Assembly: GCA_043813585.1 (NCBI GenBank)
Contig: JBDRKW010000006.1
Coordinates: 79,444 to 143,443 of the forward strand
From: Candidatus Kerfeldbacteria bacterium
GTDB lineage: Bacteria; Patescibacteriota; Patescibacteriia; UBA9570; XYC2-FULL-38-9
Direction of reading: 5' to 3'
DNA: 64,000 nucleotides
The translations under genes and the position numbers were made by a program. Of the stretch, positions 1 to 9,011 are shown piece by piece. The notes below the pieces were generated by a model. It did not search any database. It worked only from the letters and a program-made list of their open reading frames with translations, and was not told where the DNA came from. The stretch's first letter is position 1. Each line of letters begins with the position of its first letter.

Positions 1-118
1 CAACGGAAAAATCACGAACCGTGCTGCCGTTGACCGTCACCCGGCCGGCAGCAATAAGGTCATCGGCTTTCCGCCGTGACGCAACGCCGCAATGCGCGAT
101 GTACCGGTTAATGCGCAT
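1..118 (-). CDS. rluB: Pseudouridine synthase (RluB/RsuA family), N-terminal S4 domain, 5' partial at window edge
   Basis: Minus-strand translation from the ATG at 118 gives MRINRYIAHCGVASRRKADDLIAAGRVTVNGSTV, a classic S4 RNA-binding N-terminus of RluB. It lies 2 nt downstream of the scpB stop, matching the scpA-scpB-rluB arrangement known from Firmicutes. Confidence 0.6.
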   Translation of the reverse strand, partial: MRINRYIAHCGVASRRKADDLIAAGRVTVNGSTVRDFSV

Positions 119-120
119 AC

Positions 121-813
121 TTAATAGTCGGTGCGCTCTTCCCGGTTATCGTCAACAGCCTCTTCATCGTCCGCGCTTTCCTCCATCATCTCGCCGCGCT
201 CCGTTCCAACCGACGGGTCGGAAAAAAAGTCATCTTTGTCTGCGCGCGACTCCAGCAGCTCCTGCAGGTTCGTATTCTTGTTCAGCTCATCATAGTCCGG
301 CAAATCAGCTGCCTTGTTCAGCCCAAGGAAGCGAAGGAAATCCAGCGTCACGCGGTACAGCGGCGAACCGGATTCGGTTTCGCCAACCTCTTCCACCATT
401 CCGCGGATTAGCAAGTTGCGCAGGATCAGGCTGCAGTTCACGCCGCGGATCAGTTCAATTTCGGATTTCGACACCGGGCCGCGGTACGCGATAATCGTCA
501 GCGTCTCCAAAGACGGCCGCGTCAGCTCGCCCGCTTCCTCTGCCGCGATATACCCATTGATAAACTCCGCGTTCTTCTTGGACGTGGCCAGTTGTACGTT
601 GCCGCCCTCAAGCACAACAACAACCCCGCCGCCACGCTCATCATATTCCGCCTGCAGCTGCCTGAGCGCTTCTTCAACTTCGTTCACAGGCGCGGCGCAC
701 GTTGCCGCGATTTTTTTGAGCGTCAGCGGCTTTGATTCCAGGAACAAAAGGGATTCTATTTTTGATTGGAGGTTGTTCATACTATTGTGATTTTTCGATA
801 ATAATTTCGTCAA
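121..813 (-). CDS. scpB: Segregation and condensation protein B
   Basis: 230 aa. Tandem winged-helix ScpB signature (LLFLESKPLTLKKIA ... ETLTIIAYRGPVSKSEIELIRGV) with an acidic C-terminus. Confidence 0.85.
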   Translation of the reverse strand: MTKLLSKNHNSMNNLQSKIESLLFLESKPLTLKKIAATCAAPVNEVEEALRQLQAEYDERGGGVVVVLEGGNVQLATSKKNAEFINGYIAAEEAGELTRPSLETLTIIAYRGPVSKSEIELIRGVNCSLILRNLLIRGMVEEVGETESGSPLYRVTLDFLRFLGLNKAADLPDYDELNKNTNLQELLESRADKDDFFSDPSVGTERGEMMEESADDEEAVDDNREERTDY

Positions 814-1480
814 GCGCGTGCTTCTGCGTCACGCAGATGGACTGCTTCTTCACCAGCTCCAGCAGCGCCAAAAATGTGACCACCACTTCGCTGCGGTCGT
901 TGCTGTCTGCCAGCAAGTCATGGAAGTGCAAGCGCATCTTTTTCTCGAGCATATCCTGTATCTCGCAAAACCGCTCGCGCACCGTCTTCACCTGCTGCAA
1001 CGCGGCTTTCGGTATCTTCACGACCGGTTCAAGGCTCTTCAGGACGTCCGTAAAATAATCATGCAGCATCTTGTCGTTCACCCCTTCCGGTTCGCGGAAC
1101 ACAACCTGCCGGCTGCGCGCCGCCTTTTTCACATAAAGCAGCTGCTTCTGTTCCAGCATCTCTTCTACCACCTTCATAGCTTCCACGTACTTCTTGTACA
1201 TCTTCAGTTGGGTCTCCAGCTCGTGCGGGTCTTCCTCTTCGTCCAGCTGCAGATACGGCAATAACGCGTATGACTTAATCAGCAGCAGCTTGGTGGCGAT
1301 CACCAAAAAATCGGCCATCTCTTCCGGCCGGCACTCTTCAACCGACTGCAGGTATTCCAAAAACTGTTCCGTCACGTCTGCAATGGAAATGGTCGTAATC
1401 TCAAGCTCCTTCTCCTCTATTAACTGGAGAAGAAGGTCGAGCGGCCCGGAAAAATGTTCAATCTCAATGCACTTGTTCAT
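782..1480 (-). CDS. scpA: Segregation and condensation protein A (kleisin)
   Basis: 232 aa. N-terminus FSGPLDLLLQLIEEKELEITTISIADVTEQFLEYL is typical of ScpA. It overlaps and is translationally coupled to scpB. Confidence 0.8.
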   Translation of the reverse strand: MNKCIEIEHFSGPLDLLLQLIEEKELEITTISIADVTEQFLEYLQSVEECRPEEMADFLVIATKLLLIKSYALLPYLQLDEEEDPHELETQLKMYKKYVEAMKVVEEMLEQKQLLYVKKAARSRQVVFREPEGVNDKMLHDYFTDVLKSLEPVVKIPKAALQQVKTVRERFCEIQDMLEKKMRLHFHDLLADSNDRSEVVVTFLALLELVKKQSICVTQKHALDEIIIEKSQ

Positions 1481-1854
1481 TTCTTTTTTCGTTTTGTTCG
1501 CGTCTTCTTTAGCGGGAGCTCCTGCTGTTTCCCGTAGAGCTTCTGCGCTTCTGCGCGCCCGAACGGCGTCAGCTCAAGCGACTCGACGAACCACCGGTGC
1601 TTGGTGCGGTGGCCGAAACCGATCATCAGCTCCTTATCGATCAGCCGCAGCATGCTCTTGGTGATGATTTTCGTCTGGATGACGGCAGACGGCGCTTTTT
1701 TATCCGACTTATAATAGCGCAGGAAGGCACCGCGGTCTACCCTCCCCCGCGTGTCGAGGGCGGTCTTCAAAATATACTGCTGCAGGTCGGATAACCGCAC
1801 TCTAGTTCTTCTTTTTGATCGATAGTCCGAGTTCATCCAGCTGCTCCTGCGCAA
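1477..1854 (-). CDS. Hypothetical small basic protein with Lys-rich C-terminal tail
   Basis: 125-aa ORF coupled to scpA by a 4-nt overlap. Its start overlaps the aspS 3' end by about 50 nt, so the true start may be an internal Met. No family recognised. Confidence 0.35.
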   Translation of the reverse strand: MRRSSWMNSDYRSKRRTRVRLSDLQQYILKTALDTRGRVDRGAFLRYYKSDKKAPSAVIQTKIITKSMLRLIDKELMIGFGHRTKHRWFVESLELTPFGRAEAQKLYGKQQELPLKKTRTKRKKK

Positions 1855-3232
1855 CCTCGCTCGGCGAACCCATCATCGGGTCGCGCGCATCATTCGTCAT
1901 GGGGAACGCAATCACTTCGCGGATGGCTTCCTCGCCCGCCAGCAACCGAATGAACCGGTCCAGTCCCGGCGCAATCCCGCCGTGAGGCGGAACGCCGTAC
2001 TCAAACGCTTCCAGCAGGTGCGCAAACTGTTGCTTCTGTTCCTCCGTAAACCCGATCAGGTCAAAAATCTTCTCCTGGATCTTGGCATCATGGATGCGAA
2101 TGCTTCCGCCGCCGATCTCCACGCCGTTCAACACCAGGTCATGCTGGTACGACCGCACGCTGCCGGGGTCGGAATCCAGTTTTTCGATATCTTCCTCCTT
2201 GGGCATGGTAAACATGTGGTGCGATGGCGCCCATGTGCCGCCTGCGCCCGCTCCGTGGAACTCCTCGCCTTCTTCCGCCTTTGCCTGCTCGGTAAACAGC
2301 GGAAAGTCCACCACCCACGCAAACCCCAGTTCGTTTTTGTCGTCCTTGTTCATTCGGATATCAAACTTGTCGGCGCCAAACTCCTTCATGGCCTGGTCAT
2401 AGGTATAGCGCGGCCACGGCGTCTGCGTGATCGTTTTTTCCGGGAACAGCGTTGTCACCAGCTTGGTGAACATCTCCTCCACCAGGTTCAGGATATCTTC
2501 CTGCGTCATAAACGACATCTCCATGTCCAGCTGGTAGAATTCGCCCGGCGAACGGTCGGAACGCGCATTCTCGTCGCGAAAGCACGGCGCGATCTGGAAG
2601 TACCGCTCCAGTCCGGCGACCATCAGCATCTGCTTATACTGCTGCGGGCTCTGCGGCAATGCGAAAAACTTGCCCTGATGCAGCCGCGAAGGAACCAGGT
2701 AGTCCCGCGCTCCTTCGGGCGTGGACTTGGACAGGATCGGCGTCTGCACCTCGGTAAAATTATTAGCCGTGAGTTCATTGCGGATAAAATGCATCACCTT
2801 ATGCCGCAGCTCAAGGTTCTTCTTCATACGCTCGGTGCGCAGGTCCAGGTACCGGTACTTGATGCGCAGCTCCTCTTCTACGCCGATGGTATCTTTCTCC
2901 ACCTCAAACGGCGGGGTCTTCGCTTCATTCAATATCTCCAGCTCCAGCGCTTCGATCTCCACCGTGCCGGTCGGCAAATCTTTATTCACCTGTTTCCCCT
3001 GCCGCTCGTTCACCTGCCCTTTGATATGCACCACGAATTCCGGCCGCAGCTTTTTGGCCTCTTCCAGCGCTTCTGTATGATTGGGCAAAAAAACCACCTG
3101 CGCCATCGCCGATTTATCGCGCAAATCGATAAAAATCAGCTTGCCCATGTCGCGGCGCACATGCACCCAGCCATACAAATCCACTTCCTCCCCAACCTTG
3201 TTCACGATGTCTAAAATCCAAGTTCTTTCCAT
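1802..3232 (-). CDS. aspS: Aspartyl-tRNA synthetase, short archaeal/eukaryal-type class IIb
   Basis: 476 aa. Class II motifs are present: FRDE motif 2 (QIAPCFRDENARSDR) and motif 3 (GGGSIRIHD...GIAPGLDRFIRLL), plus an N-terminal OB fold. There is no large bacterial insertion domain, hence the short type. Confidence 0.9.
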   Translation of the reverse strand: MERTWILDIVNKVGEEVDLYGWVHVRRDMGKLIFIDLRDKSAMAQVVFLPNHTEALEEAKKLRPEFVVHIKGQVNERQGKQVNKDLPTGTVEIEALELEILNEAKTPPFEVEKDTIGVEEELRIKYRYLDLRTERMKKNLELRHKVMHFIRNELTANNFTEVQTPILSKSTPEGARDYLVPSRLHQGKFFALPQSPQQYKQMLMVAGLERYFQIAPCFRDENARSDRSPGEFYQLDMEMSFMTQEDILNLVEEMFTKLVTTLFPEKTITQTPWPRYTYDQAMKEFGADKFDIRMNKDDKNELGFAWVVDFPLFTEQAKAEEGEEFHGAGAGGTWAPSHHMFTMPKEEDIEKLDSDPGSVRSYQHDLVLNGVEIGGGSIRIHDAKIQEKIFDLIGFTEEQKQQFAHLLEAFEYGVPPHGGIAPGLDRFIRLLAGEEAIREVIAFPMTNDARDPMMGSPSEVAQEQLDELGLSIKKKN

Positions 3233-3305
3233 ATATGAATGTTAGGTTTTCTCCGCTTAGAATAGCATATTTTGGTTAAAAAAAGGAGCCCAGCATCGCC
3301 TACTC

Positions 3306-3734
3306 CTATCGACGAGTGATGGGCAGTTTTTGCTGCGGGTGGAGCGTCACCACCTCGGGCGGAGCCGGGTAGAACACCGCCAGCCTGCACTCGAACGACG
3401 CCTTGTAGCAGAGCGGCATGTAGTGCAGGTTGGGCGGAATCCAGAGGATCCAGCCCTCCTCGTACCGCTCGTCGCCGAACTGCAGCACCCCGTCCACCAC
3501 CAGGATGATCGCGCCTTCCGGGAACCGTGCCTTGTGGCCTATGGGGTGCTCCAGCATGTACGGCACCTGGACAAGTCCGCCCATAGAGCCATCCCTGCCT
3601 GTGTGCACCGGCCTGATCGTGGTGCCGTCTGCAAGCACGCGCGTCTTGGTTCGCAGCGTGCGCCAATGGGCGACATCGCCGAGCGTCCGGGCCGTTGAGG
3701 GTTTAACCCGAAGCGTCCTGATTTTTTCGCGCAA
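3306..3734 (-). CDS. Cupin-domain protein
   Basis: 142 aa with beta-barrel cupin-like His/Glu-containing motifs (HPIGHKARFPEGAIILVVDG). Weak family-level call. Confidence 0.45.
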   Translation of the reverse strand: MREKIRTLRVKPSTARTLGDVAHWRTLRTKTRVLADGTTIRPVHTGRDGSMGGLVQVPYMLEHPIGHKARFPEGAIILVVDGVLQFGDERYEEGWILWIPPNLHYMPLCYKASFECRLAVFYPAPPEVVTLHPQQKLPITRR

Positions 3735-3805
3735 AACGTCCTCCCGTGAAATTGTTGAGATGCGTAGCCGTAGGATACCTGAGCCCTATAATATGTCAAA
3801 AAGAT

Positions 3806-3840
3806 AAACAAAAATGCCCCCATCTTAACGGGGGGCATTT
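3806..3840 (-). terminator. Rho-independent terminator downstream of csp
   Basis: GC stem ATGCCCCC/GGGGGCAT with an 8-nt loop. It is flanked by A-run and T-run, so it is a bidirectional-looking hairpin immediately 3' of the csp stop. Confidence 0.5.
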
Positions 3841-3862
3841 TCAGATGTTTGTAACGTTGTGC

Positions 3863-4063
3863 TTATGCACGGTGTACATTGACCGCCTGAGGACCTTTGT
3901 CCCCTTCAGTCACATCAAAGGTGACGTCATCGCCCTCTTGGAGGTCGTTGAAGTCAGCTTCCTGCAGCTCTGTAGCGTGGAAAAACAGGTCCTTCTCTTC
4001 GCCTTCGCGCGAGATGAAACCGTATCCCTTGTCCATGAGCCGTGCAATTTTGCCTTGTGCCAT
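3863..4063 (-). CDS. cspA: Cold-shock protein, CspA family
   Basis: 66 aa with RNP1/RNP2 motifs (KGYGFI, DLFFH). A 175-nt upstream leader, as is usual for csp genes. Confidence 0.9.
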   Translation of the reverse strand: MAQGKIARLMDKGYGFISREGEEKDLFFHATELQEADFNDLQEGDDVTFDVTEGDKGPQAVNVHRA

Positions 4064-4237
4064 TTGTGTAGGTAACTCTTTCTTAATTAGCCCGCATTAT
4101 GCACTAAAAGTGATTCGACTACGTCCTTTGTTAGTGCACACACGAACCAGACGATCATACACCACTATGCATAAAATGTCAAGCAAAAAAAGCACTGCGC
4201 CTTTATAGGGCAAGCTATACGGTCAACTTCCCTTATA

Positions 4238-5563
4238 TCAATATACCCTTAAAAACTTCGCTTTTCGCTTGATCTTCCACTTGAACTCTTTTTTGCCAAC
4301 ATTAGTAATAAAACGGTGTTTATTCGGCTTCACATTCAATTTTAGAACCTTCTTCTTTTTTGCAAAAAAAAGCTTTTTCGTCTTCCTCCAATTCAACTTG
4401 TCTCCGAGCGTTAAACGATATGTCTTGATCTTAAGCCTCTTACCGAGCAAGCTCGCAACAACAACCTCCTGCCTCCCGTCTTCGTAGTAATCATAAATCT
4501 TTGCACGAACCTTATCCTGCTTGCGCTTGAAAATCTTTCGGTGCTTGATTCTAGTTCCATTTTTACATATCGAAAGATATTTCCCATTCACCGTAACAGC
4601 ATATTCGTATTCCTCGTCTGCATCCTCCGGTTCCGGATCTGGATCATCCGGTTCAGGTTGCGGGTCGGGATCTGGTTCCGGCTCCGGTTCCGGCTCCGGA
4701 TCAGGTTCTTCAACCGGACAATTCCCGTCATTAATCGGATAGCTCCCATGCTTCCATACCTCCGGCCCGACATCTTCGGCTATATAGATTGTGGTGGACG
4801 TGTTTGGGCAGGCCGGCTGAAGAGCGACTCCTTCCTGGTCATTGCCCGGAAGATCATACGATGCAATTGCTGTCCCATCCGCCTCGGTTTCAACTAAAAT
4901 GTTTGAACTGTCAAAAATGGAATAGAGCGTCTGCGTCTCTTCCTGATAATCCAGTCCGGAAATATCTGTTGTTCCTGTTAACGGAGCAAAATTCCCCATA
5001 TACAAAACCGTACCGCTTTCTGAAAAATCAACGTCAAATATATACACCTTGCCGTCTGCCTGCAGGCCGGCGTAAAACACTCCGCCTGAAGAACTGTCGG
5101 CATATGCATGATCACCGTTCGGAACAAAGGTCAGAGCTTCAAGGCCTGCGTTATCAGCCCCGGTCATCCAGGCAGTCAAATCCCACGATCTACCGGAATA
5201 CGACCACGGCCAGGATGAAATGTCCACTTCATAAATCGAATCAGGATGCTCGACTCCTATGTATATATAGTCACTGGAATCATCCGCAACCGCAACTCCT
5301 TCAAAGTCACCGCCTGGGCTCCATGTATGGATAATCGTCCCGTCACTGGTCATCTCTGTAATATCACCGTCGTCGCCCACGATAAACAGATGCTCAAGTG
5401 TTTTATGCCACACCGCTCCGCTTGGTTCATACCCTACTGACAAATTACTCCCGATCTCCGCGCCTGCATCACCCGGCCAGTCAGCGCCAAGCGCCCGGTT
5501 CGGCAATAAAAAAGCCCCGGCAAGCAGCAAAGGGGTAAAAATGTAAGCGGAAATTCTATTCAT
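4238..5563 (-). CDS. Secreted multi-domain protein: signal peptide, beta-propeller-like N-domain, (Glu/Asp-Pro)n linker, Lys-rich C-terminal domain
   Basis: 441 aa. N-terminal signal-like MNRISAYIFTPLLLAGAFLLPNRALG. Low-complexity EPDPEPEPEPEPDPDPQPEPDDPDPEPEDADEE linker. The last ~130 aa are extremely K/R-rich. Domain calls are inference. Confidence 0.55.
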   Translation of the reverse strand: MNRISAYIFTPLLLAGAFLLPNRALGADWPGDAGAEIGSNLSVGYEPSGAVWHKTLEHLFIVGDDGDITEMTSDGTIIHTWSPGGDFEGVAVADDSSDYIYIGVEHPDSIYEVDISSWPWSYSGRSWDLTAWMTGADNAGLEALTFVPNGDHAYADSSSGGVFYAGLQADGKVYIFDVDFSESGTVLYMGNFAPLTGTTDISGLDYQEETQTLYSIFDSSNILVETEADGTAIASYDLPGNDQEGVALQPACPNTSTTIYIAEDVGPEVWKHGSYPINDGNCPVEEPDPEPEPEPEPDPDPQPEPDDPDPEPEDADEEYEYAVTVNGKYLSICKNGTRIKHRKIFKRKQDKVRAKIYDYYEDGRQEVVVASLLGKRLKIKTYRLTLGDKLNWRKTKKLFFAKKKKVLKLNVKPNKHRFITNVGKKEFKWKIKRKAKFLRVY

Positions 5564-5621
5564 ATGATATCCCTAATGGATAGTGAAAAATATCACACGA
5601 GACGGCAATTGTCAACGCCTT

Positions 5622-5663
5622 GCCATTCGGTCGGCAGGGCTCGAACCTGCGACCTCCTGGTTA
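5622..5663 (-). other. Degenerate partial copy of the tRNA-Asn 3' half (candidate att-site remnant)
   Basis: Positions 5632-5663 are 32/32 identical to 10021-10052 of the intact tRNA-Asn (T-arm through the 3' anticodon stem). The acceptor-side flank is degenerate: TTCGGTCGG versus CTCGGGCGG. Confidence 0.5.
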
Positions 5664-5734
5664 CACAATGCGCATTGAAAAGAGTCGTATTTAATGCTAC
5701 GATTGCAGCTGAATAGTTATTATCTGCATGATTT

Positions 5735-6766
5735 ATGGTGAATGTCAGGAAGGAAGGCGTATTGTTAAAACCCACAAAACACCGGTTCGAGAACCAGGGG
5801 GTATTGAACCCATCGTGCGTCCAGGACGGTAATACCGTCCACATGTTCTACCGGGCAGTCCGGAAAGGGAATTATTCGAGTATCGGGTATGCGCGCCTGG
5901 ACGGCCCAATGAATGTAGTGGAACGCGCAACAAAGCCTGTCTTGGAACCCAAAACAAAAGACGAGGTGCACGGGGTGGAAGATCCGCGCGTCGTCTTTTT
6001 TGAAGGAACCTATTACATGACCTATACCGCATATGACGGGCAAAACGCCCTTATCGGTTTGGCCACCAGCAAAGATATGAAAACATGGAAACGTTTCGGC
6101 ATTATCTCCCCGAACATCAAGTACCATGATGCGGAAAAATTTTTTAAAAGTGCAAAGCTCAAAGAAGCATATTACCTGTTCGAAGCCTTCATGGAGCACC
6201 GTTCCGGCCCGGATGTAAAAATATGGGATAAAGACGCATTTATTCTCCCGGAGCGTATCAACGGAAAAATTGCAATGATCCACCGCATCCTGCCTGATAT
6301 ACAGATAATCTATTTTGACGATTTTAAACAGTTAAAAACCAAAGCATTCTGGGAAAAATATCTTGCGGAAATGAATAAGCATATCGTGATGGAAAACAAG
6401 TACTGGTATGAAACGCGCAACATCGGCGGCGGCGGCCCGTTTATAAAGACAGACAAAGGATGGCTGACCATTTTTCATTCCGTGAAGTCGCGCAACATCG
6501 GCAGATCATACGCGGCAAGCGCAGCGCTTCTCGACCTCAAGGATCCGCAAAAAGTCATTGCCCGCACCAAAGACCCCCTCTTCATTCCCGAAAAAAAATG
6601 GGAGGTTAAAGGGGATGTCGACAACGTCGTGTTCCCCACGGGAACTGCCGTCTTCGGCGACCGGTTATACATTTATTACGGGGCGGCAGACACGCGCATC
6701 GCCGTGGCATCGGTGCGGCTGCAGGACCTAATTGATGATCTCCTAACCAATTGGCGGCATGTCTGA
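5735..6766 (+). CDS. Glycoside hydrolase family 130-like (beta-mannoside phosphorylase/glycosidase fold)
   Basis: 343 aa with a GH130/DUF377-type N-terminus (GVLNPSCVQDGNTVHMFYRA ... DPRVV ... YYMTYTAYDG). A possible alternative TTG start at 5762 is preceded by AGGAAGG. The stop overlaps the next gene's start codon. Confidence 0.65.
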   Translation: MVNVRKEGVLLKPTKHRFENQGVLNPSCVQDGNTVHMFYRAVRKGNYSSIGYARLDGPMNVVERATKPVLEPKTKDEVHGVEDPRVVFFEGTYYMTYTAYDGQNALIGLATSKDMKTWKRFGIISPNIKYHDAEKFFKSAKLKEAYYLFEAFMEHRSGPDVKIWDKDAFILPERINGKIAMIHRILPDIQIIYFDDFKQLKTKAFWEKYLAEMNKHIVMENKYWYETRNIGGGGPFIKTDKGWLTIFHSVKSRNIGRSYAASAALLDLKDPQKVIARTKDPLFIPEKKWEVKGDVDNVVFPTGTAVFGDRLYIYYGAADTRIAVASVRLQDLIDDLLTNWRHV

Positions 6767-9011
6767 CGGCACGCAACAACCTGAGCCGAAGCGCAGCCCG
6801 GAATCATGGGTTGTTTTTATCTCTTCGTATCCTCCGAGGGAATGCGGAATTGCAACCTACACGAAACACCTGTCACAAGAAATCGCAAAACAGATGCCCA
6901 AGCCGATGCAGGCTAAAATTATCGCCATCAACCCGTCAAAAACGAAATCGTATGATTACTCCCGAAATGTTATCCGCGAAGTTGCCGAGGGCGACCGCGA
7001 GGGATTCAAAGAAACGGCAGAATGGCTGAACCGGCAGACCCGCGTGAAACTCGTAGTTATTTCGCATGAGTTCGGCCTCTTTGGCGGGAAAACGGGCGAT
7101 GCGCTGCTCCCGTTCCTTGAGACAATAAAAAAACCGGTTATGACAATTTTCCATACTGTTTTGCCCCGGTCGCACAAGCAGTACGGCGAACCCACGGAAC
7201 GCGTCATAGAGCATTCGGACCAGATCATCGTCATGAATAAGACAGCGATGAAACTGATGAGCAAAGAATATAACGTGCTGGCAAAAAAGATAGCGCTCAT
7301 CCCCCATGGAATCCCCACCATCCCCGCGTATTCCAAGGATGAAGCAAGAAAGAAAATCGGCCTGGGCGACCGGCTGGTCCTGTCCAGCTTCGGGCTGCTG
7401 GGTCCGTGCAAAGGCTACGATGTGGTACTTTCCGGCCTTCCGCAAGTTGTCCGCGAGTTCCCGAATGTCATCTACCTTATTCTCGGACAGACACATCCGA
7501 AAATTTTGCAGAAGCAGGGCGAAGTGTACCGCCATAAGCTTGAACGCCTCGTACGCAAACTGAAGCTGGAAAATAATGTAAGATTTTACAACCACTATCT
7601 TAGCCAGGAAGACGTGGTGAAGTACCTGAAAGCGACGAACATCTACGTTTGCGCATCGCAGGATCCCAATCAGATGGTCAGCGGAACGCTGTCCTACGCA
7701 CTCGGTTCGGGAACGGCAACTGTCTCCACGCCTTTTATGCACGCCAGGGAGCTGGCTGAGGATAACGTGATTATGCTGGCAAATTTTGTTGACCCTAGCT
7801 CGTTTGCAAAAGCGATCCTTGCCCTTTTAAAGGACCCGTCAAAGCGGCAGGAATACGAGGAACGCGCGTTTACGACGACGCGAAAAATGACGTGGCCAAA
7901 CGTTGCGCACGCGTACTATAAAAGAATGCTGCCGTACCTGGGAGAACTAGCAGACAAGCAAGCTTCACAACTGCCGGCCTTGCGAAGCGTTTCACTCAAA
8001 CACCTGATGCGCCTGACTGACGATTTCGGAGTCATTCAATTCGCGCAGCGGTCGGTTCCCGATATCGAATCAGGATATTGCGTGGACGATGTTTCGCGCG
8101 CGCTGGTGGCGCTGACAACGTATTGGGTCATCTACCGCAAGCCCGCCATACTGCTGACGATCAGGAAGTACCTGGATTTCATCCGTTACGTACAGGGTAA
8201 AGACGGCCGTTTTTTCAACTATGTAGACAAGAATAAGATTATTAACACGGAAGACTGGAGCAGAGATGCACACGCCCGGACGGTATGGGCGCTCGGCTAC
8301 CTCATGGCAGCCCCGGGGATACCAAAAACATTAAAAGTCCGCGCGGAAACGCTGTTTGCAGCAAGCCTGCCGATAGCGAAACATATGGACAGCCTGCGTT
8401 CAATGAGTTTTTCCACCATCGGCCTCTATTTCTTCTTTCAATACTCACATTCGCCTGCTGCAAAAAAACAACTCACTGCGTATGCCGAAGCGCTAGTAAA
8501 ACAGTTCGATGCGCACGCCCATGGCGACTGGCAGTGGTTTGAAGACCGGCTCACCTATTCCAACAGCAAGCTGCCGGAAACGCTGTTCTACGCGTTTACG
8601 GTCACCAGGAACAAACGTTACCTCGAGGTGGCGGAAACAGCGCTTGATTTCCTGATACGAACCACATTTGTTAACGAGGTGTTCCACCCCATCGGACAGG
8701 ACGGATGGTACGAACGGAACGGCAAACGCGCCCATTTTGACCAGCAGCCGGTCGATACTGCTTCAATGGTGCGGACACTGATGGTCGCATACCGGGTTAC
8801 CGACCGCCTTGAATACCTCGAAAAAGCGCACGTCGCATACAGCTGGTTCCTGGGCAACAACGCGCTGCACCTGTTGCTGTATAATGAAACAACGGGCGGC
8901 TGCCATGACGGACTGGGCAAAGAAGCCGTGAATCAAAACCAAGGGGCAGAGTCCACCATTGTTCATCTCATGGCGCGCCTGTGTATTGATACCCGGGCGA
9001 AGCTGCTATAA
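6759..9011 (+). CDS. GT4-family glycosyltransferase fused to a ~350-aa C-terminal (alpha/alpha)-toroid-like domain
   Basis: 750 aa. The N-terminal ~400 aa have GT4/GT-B features (EFGLFGG ... SSFGLLGPCKGYD ... NIYVCASQDPNQMVSGTLSYALGSGTATVSTP). The C-terminal half is helical with acidic motifs (DGWYERNG, NQGAES), suggesting a six-hairpin glycosidase-like fold by inference. The ATG overlaps the upstream stop (ATGTCTGA). Confidence 0.65.
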   Translation: MSDGTQQPEPKRSPESWVVFISSYPPRECGIATYTKHLSQEIAKQMPKPMQAKIIAINPSKTKSYDYSRNVIREVAEGDREGFKETAEWLNRQTRVKLVVISHEFGLFGGKTGDALLPFLETIKKPVMTIFHTVLPRSHKQYGEPTERVIEHSDQIIVMNKTAMKLMSKEYNVLAKKIALIPHGIPTIPAYSKDEARKKIGLGDRLVLSSFGLLGPCKGYDVVLSGLPQVVREFPNVIYLILGQTHPKILQKQGEVYRHKLERLVRKLKLENNVRFYNHYLSQEDVVKYLKATNIYVCASQDPNQMVSGTLSYALGSGTATVSTPFMHARELAEDNVIMLANFVDPSSFAKAILALLKDPSKRQEYEERAFTTTRKMTWPNVAHAYYKRMLPYLGELADKQASQLPALRSVSLKHLMRLTDDFGVIQFAQRSVPDIESGYCVDDVSRALVALTTYWVIYRKPAILLTIRKYLDFIRYVQGKDGRFFNYVDKNKIINTEDWSRDAHARTVWALGYLMAAPGIPKTLKVRAETLFAASLPIAKHMDSLRSMSFSTIGLYFFFQYSHSPAAKKQLTAYAEALVKQFDAHAHGDWQWFEDRLTYSNSKLPETLFYAFTVTRNKRYLEVAETALDFLIRTTFVNEVFHPIGQDGWYERNGKRAHFDQQPVDTASMVRTLMVAYRVTDRLEYLEKAHVAYSWFLGNNALHLLLYNETTGGCHDGLGKEAVNQNQGAESTIVHLMARLCIDTRAKLL

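Noticed and set aside
21-790. Plus-strand ORFs 21..494 and 314..790
   Set aside because: Antisense to rluB/scpB. The translations are Arg/Ser/Pro-rich.
1982-3214. 410-aa plus-strand ORF
   Set aside because: Antisense to the clearly identifiable aspS. The translation has an Arg/Leu-rich junk composition.
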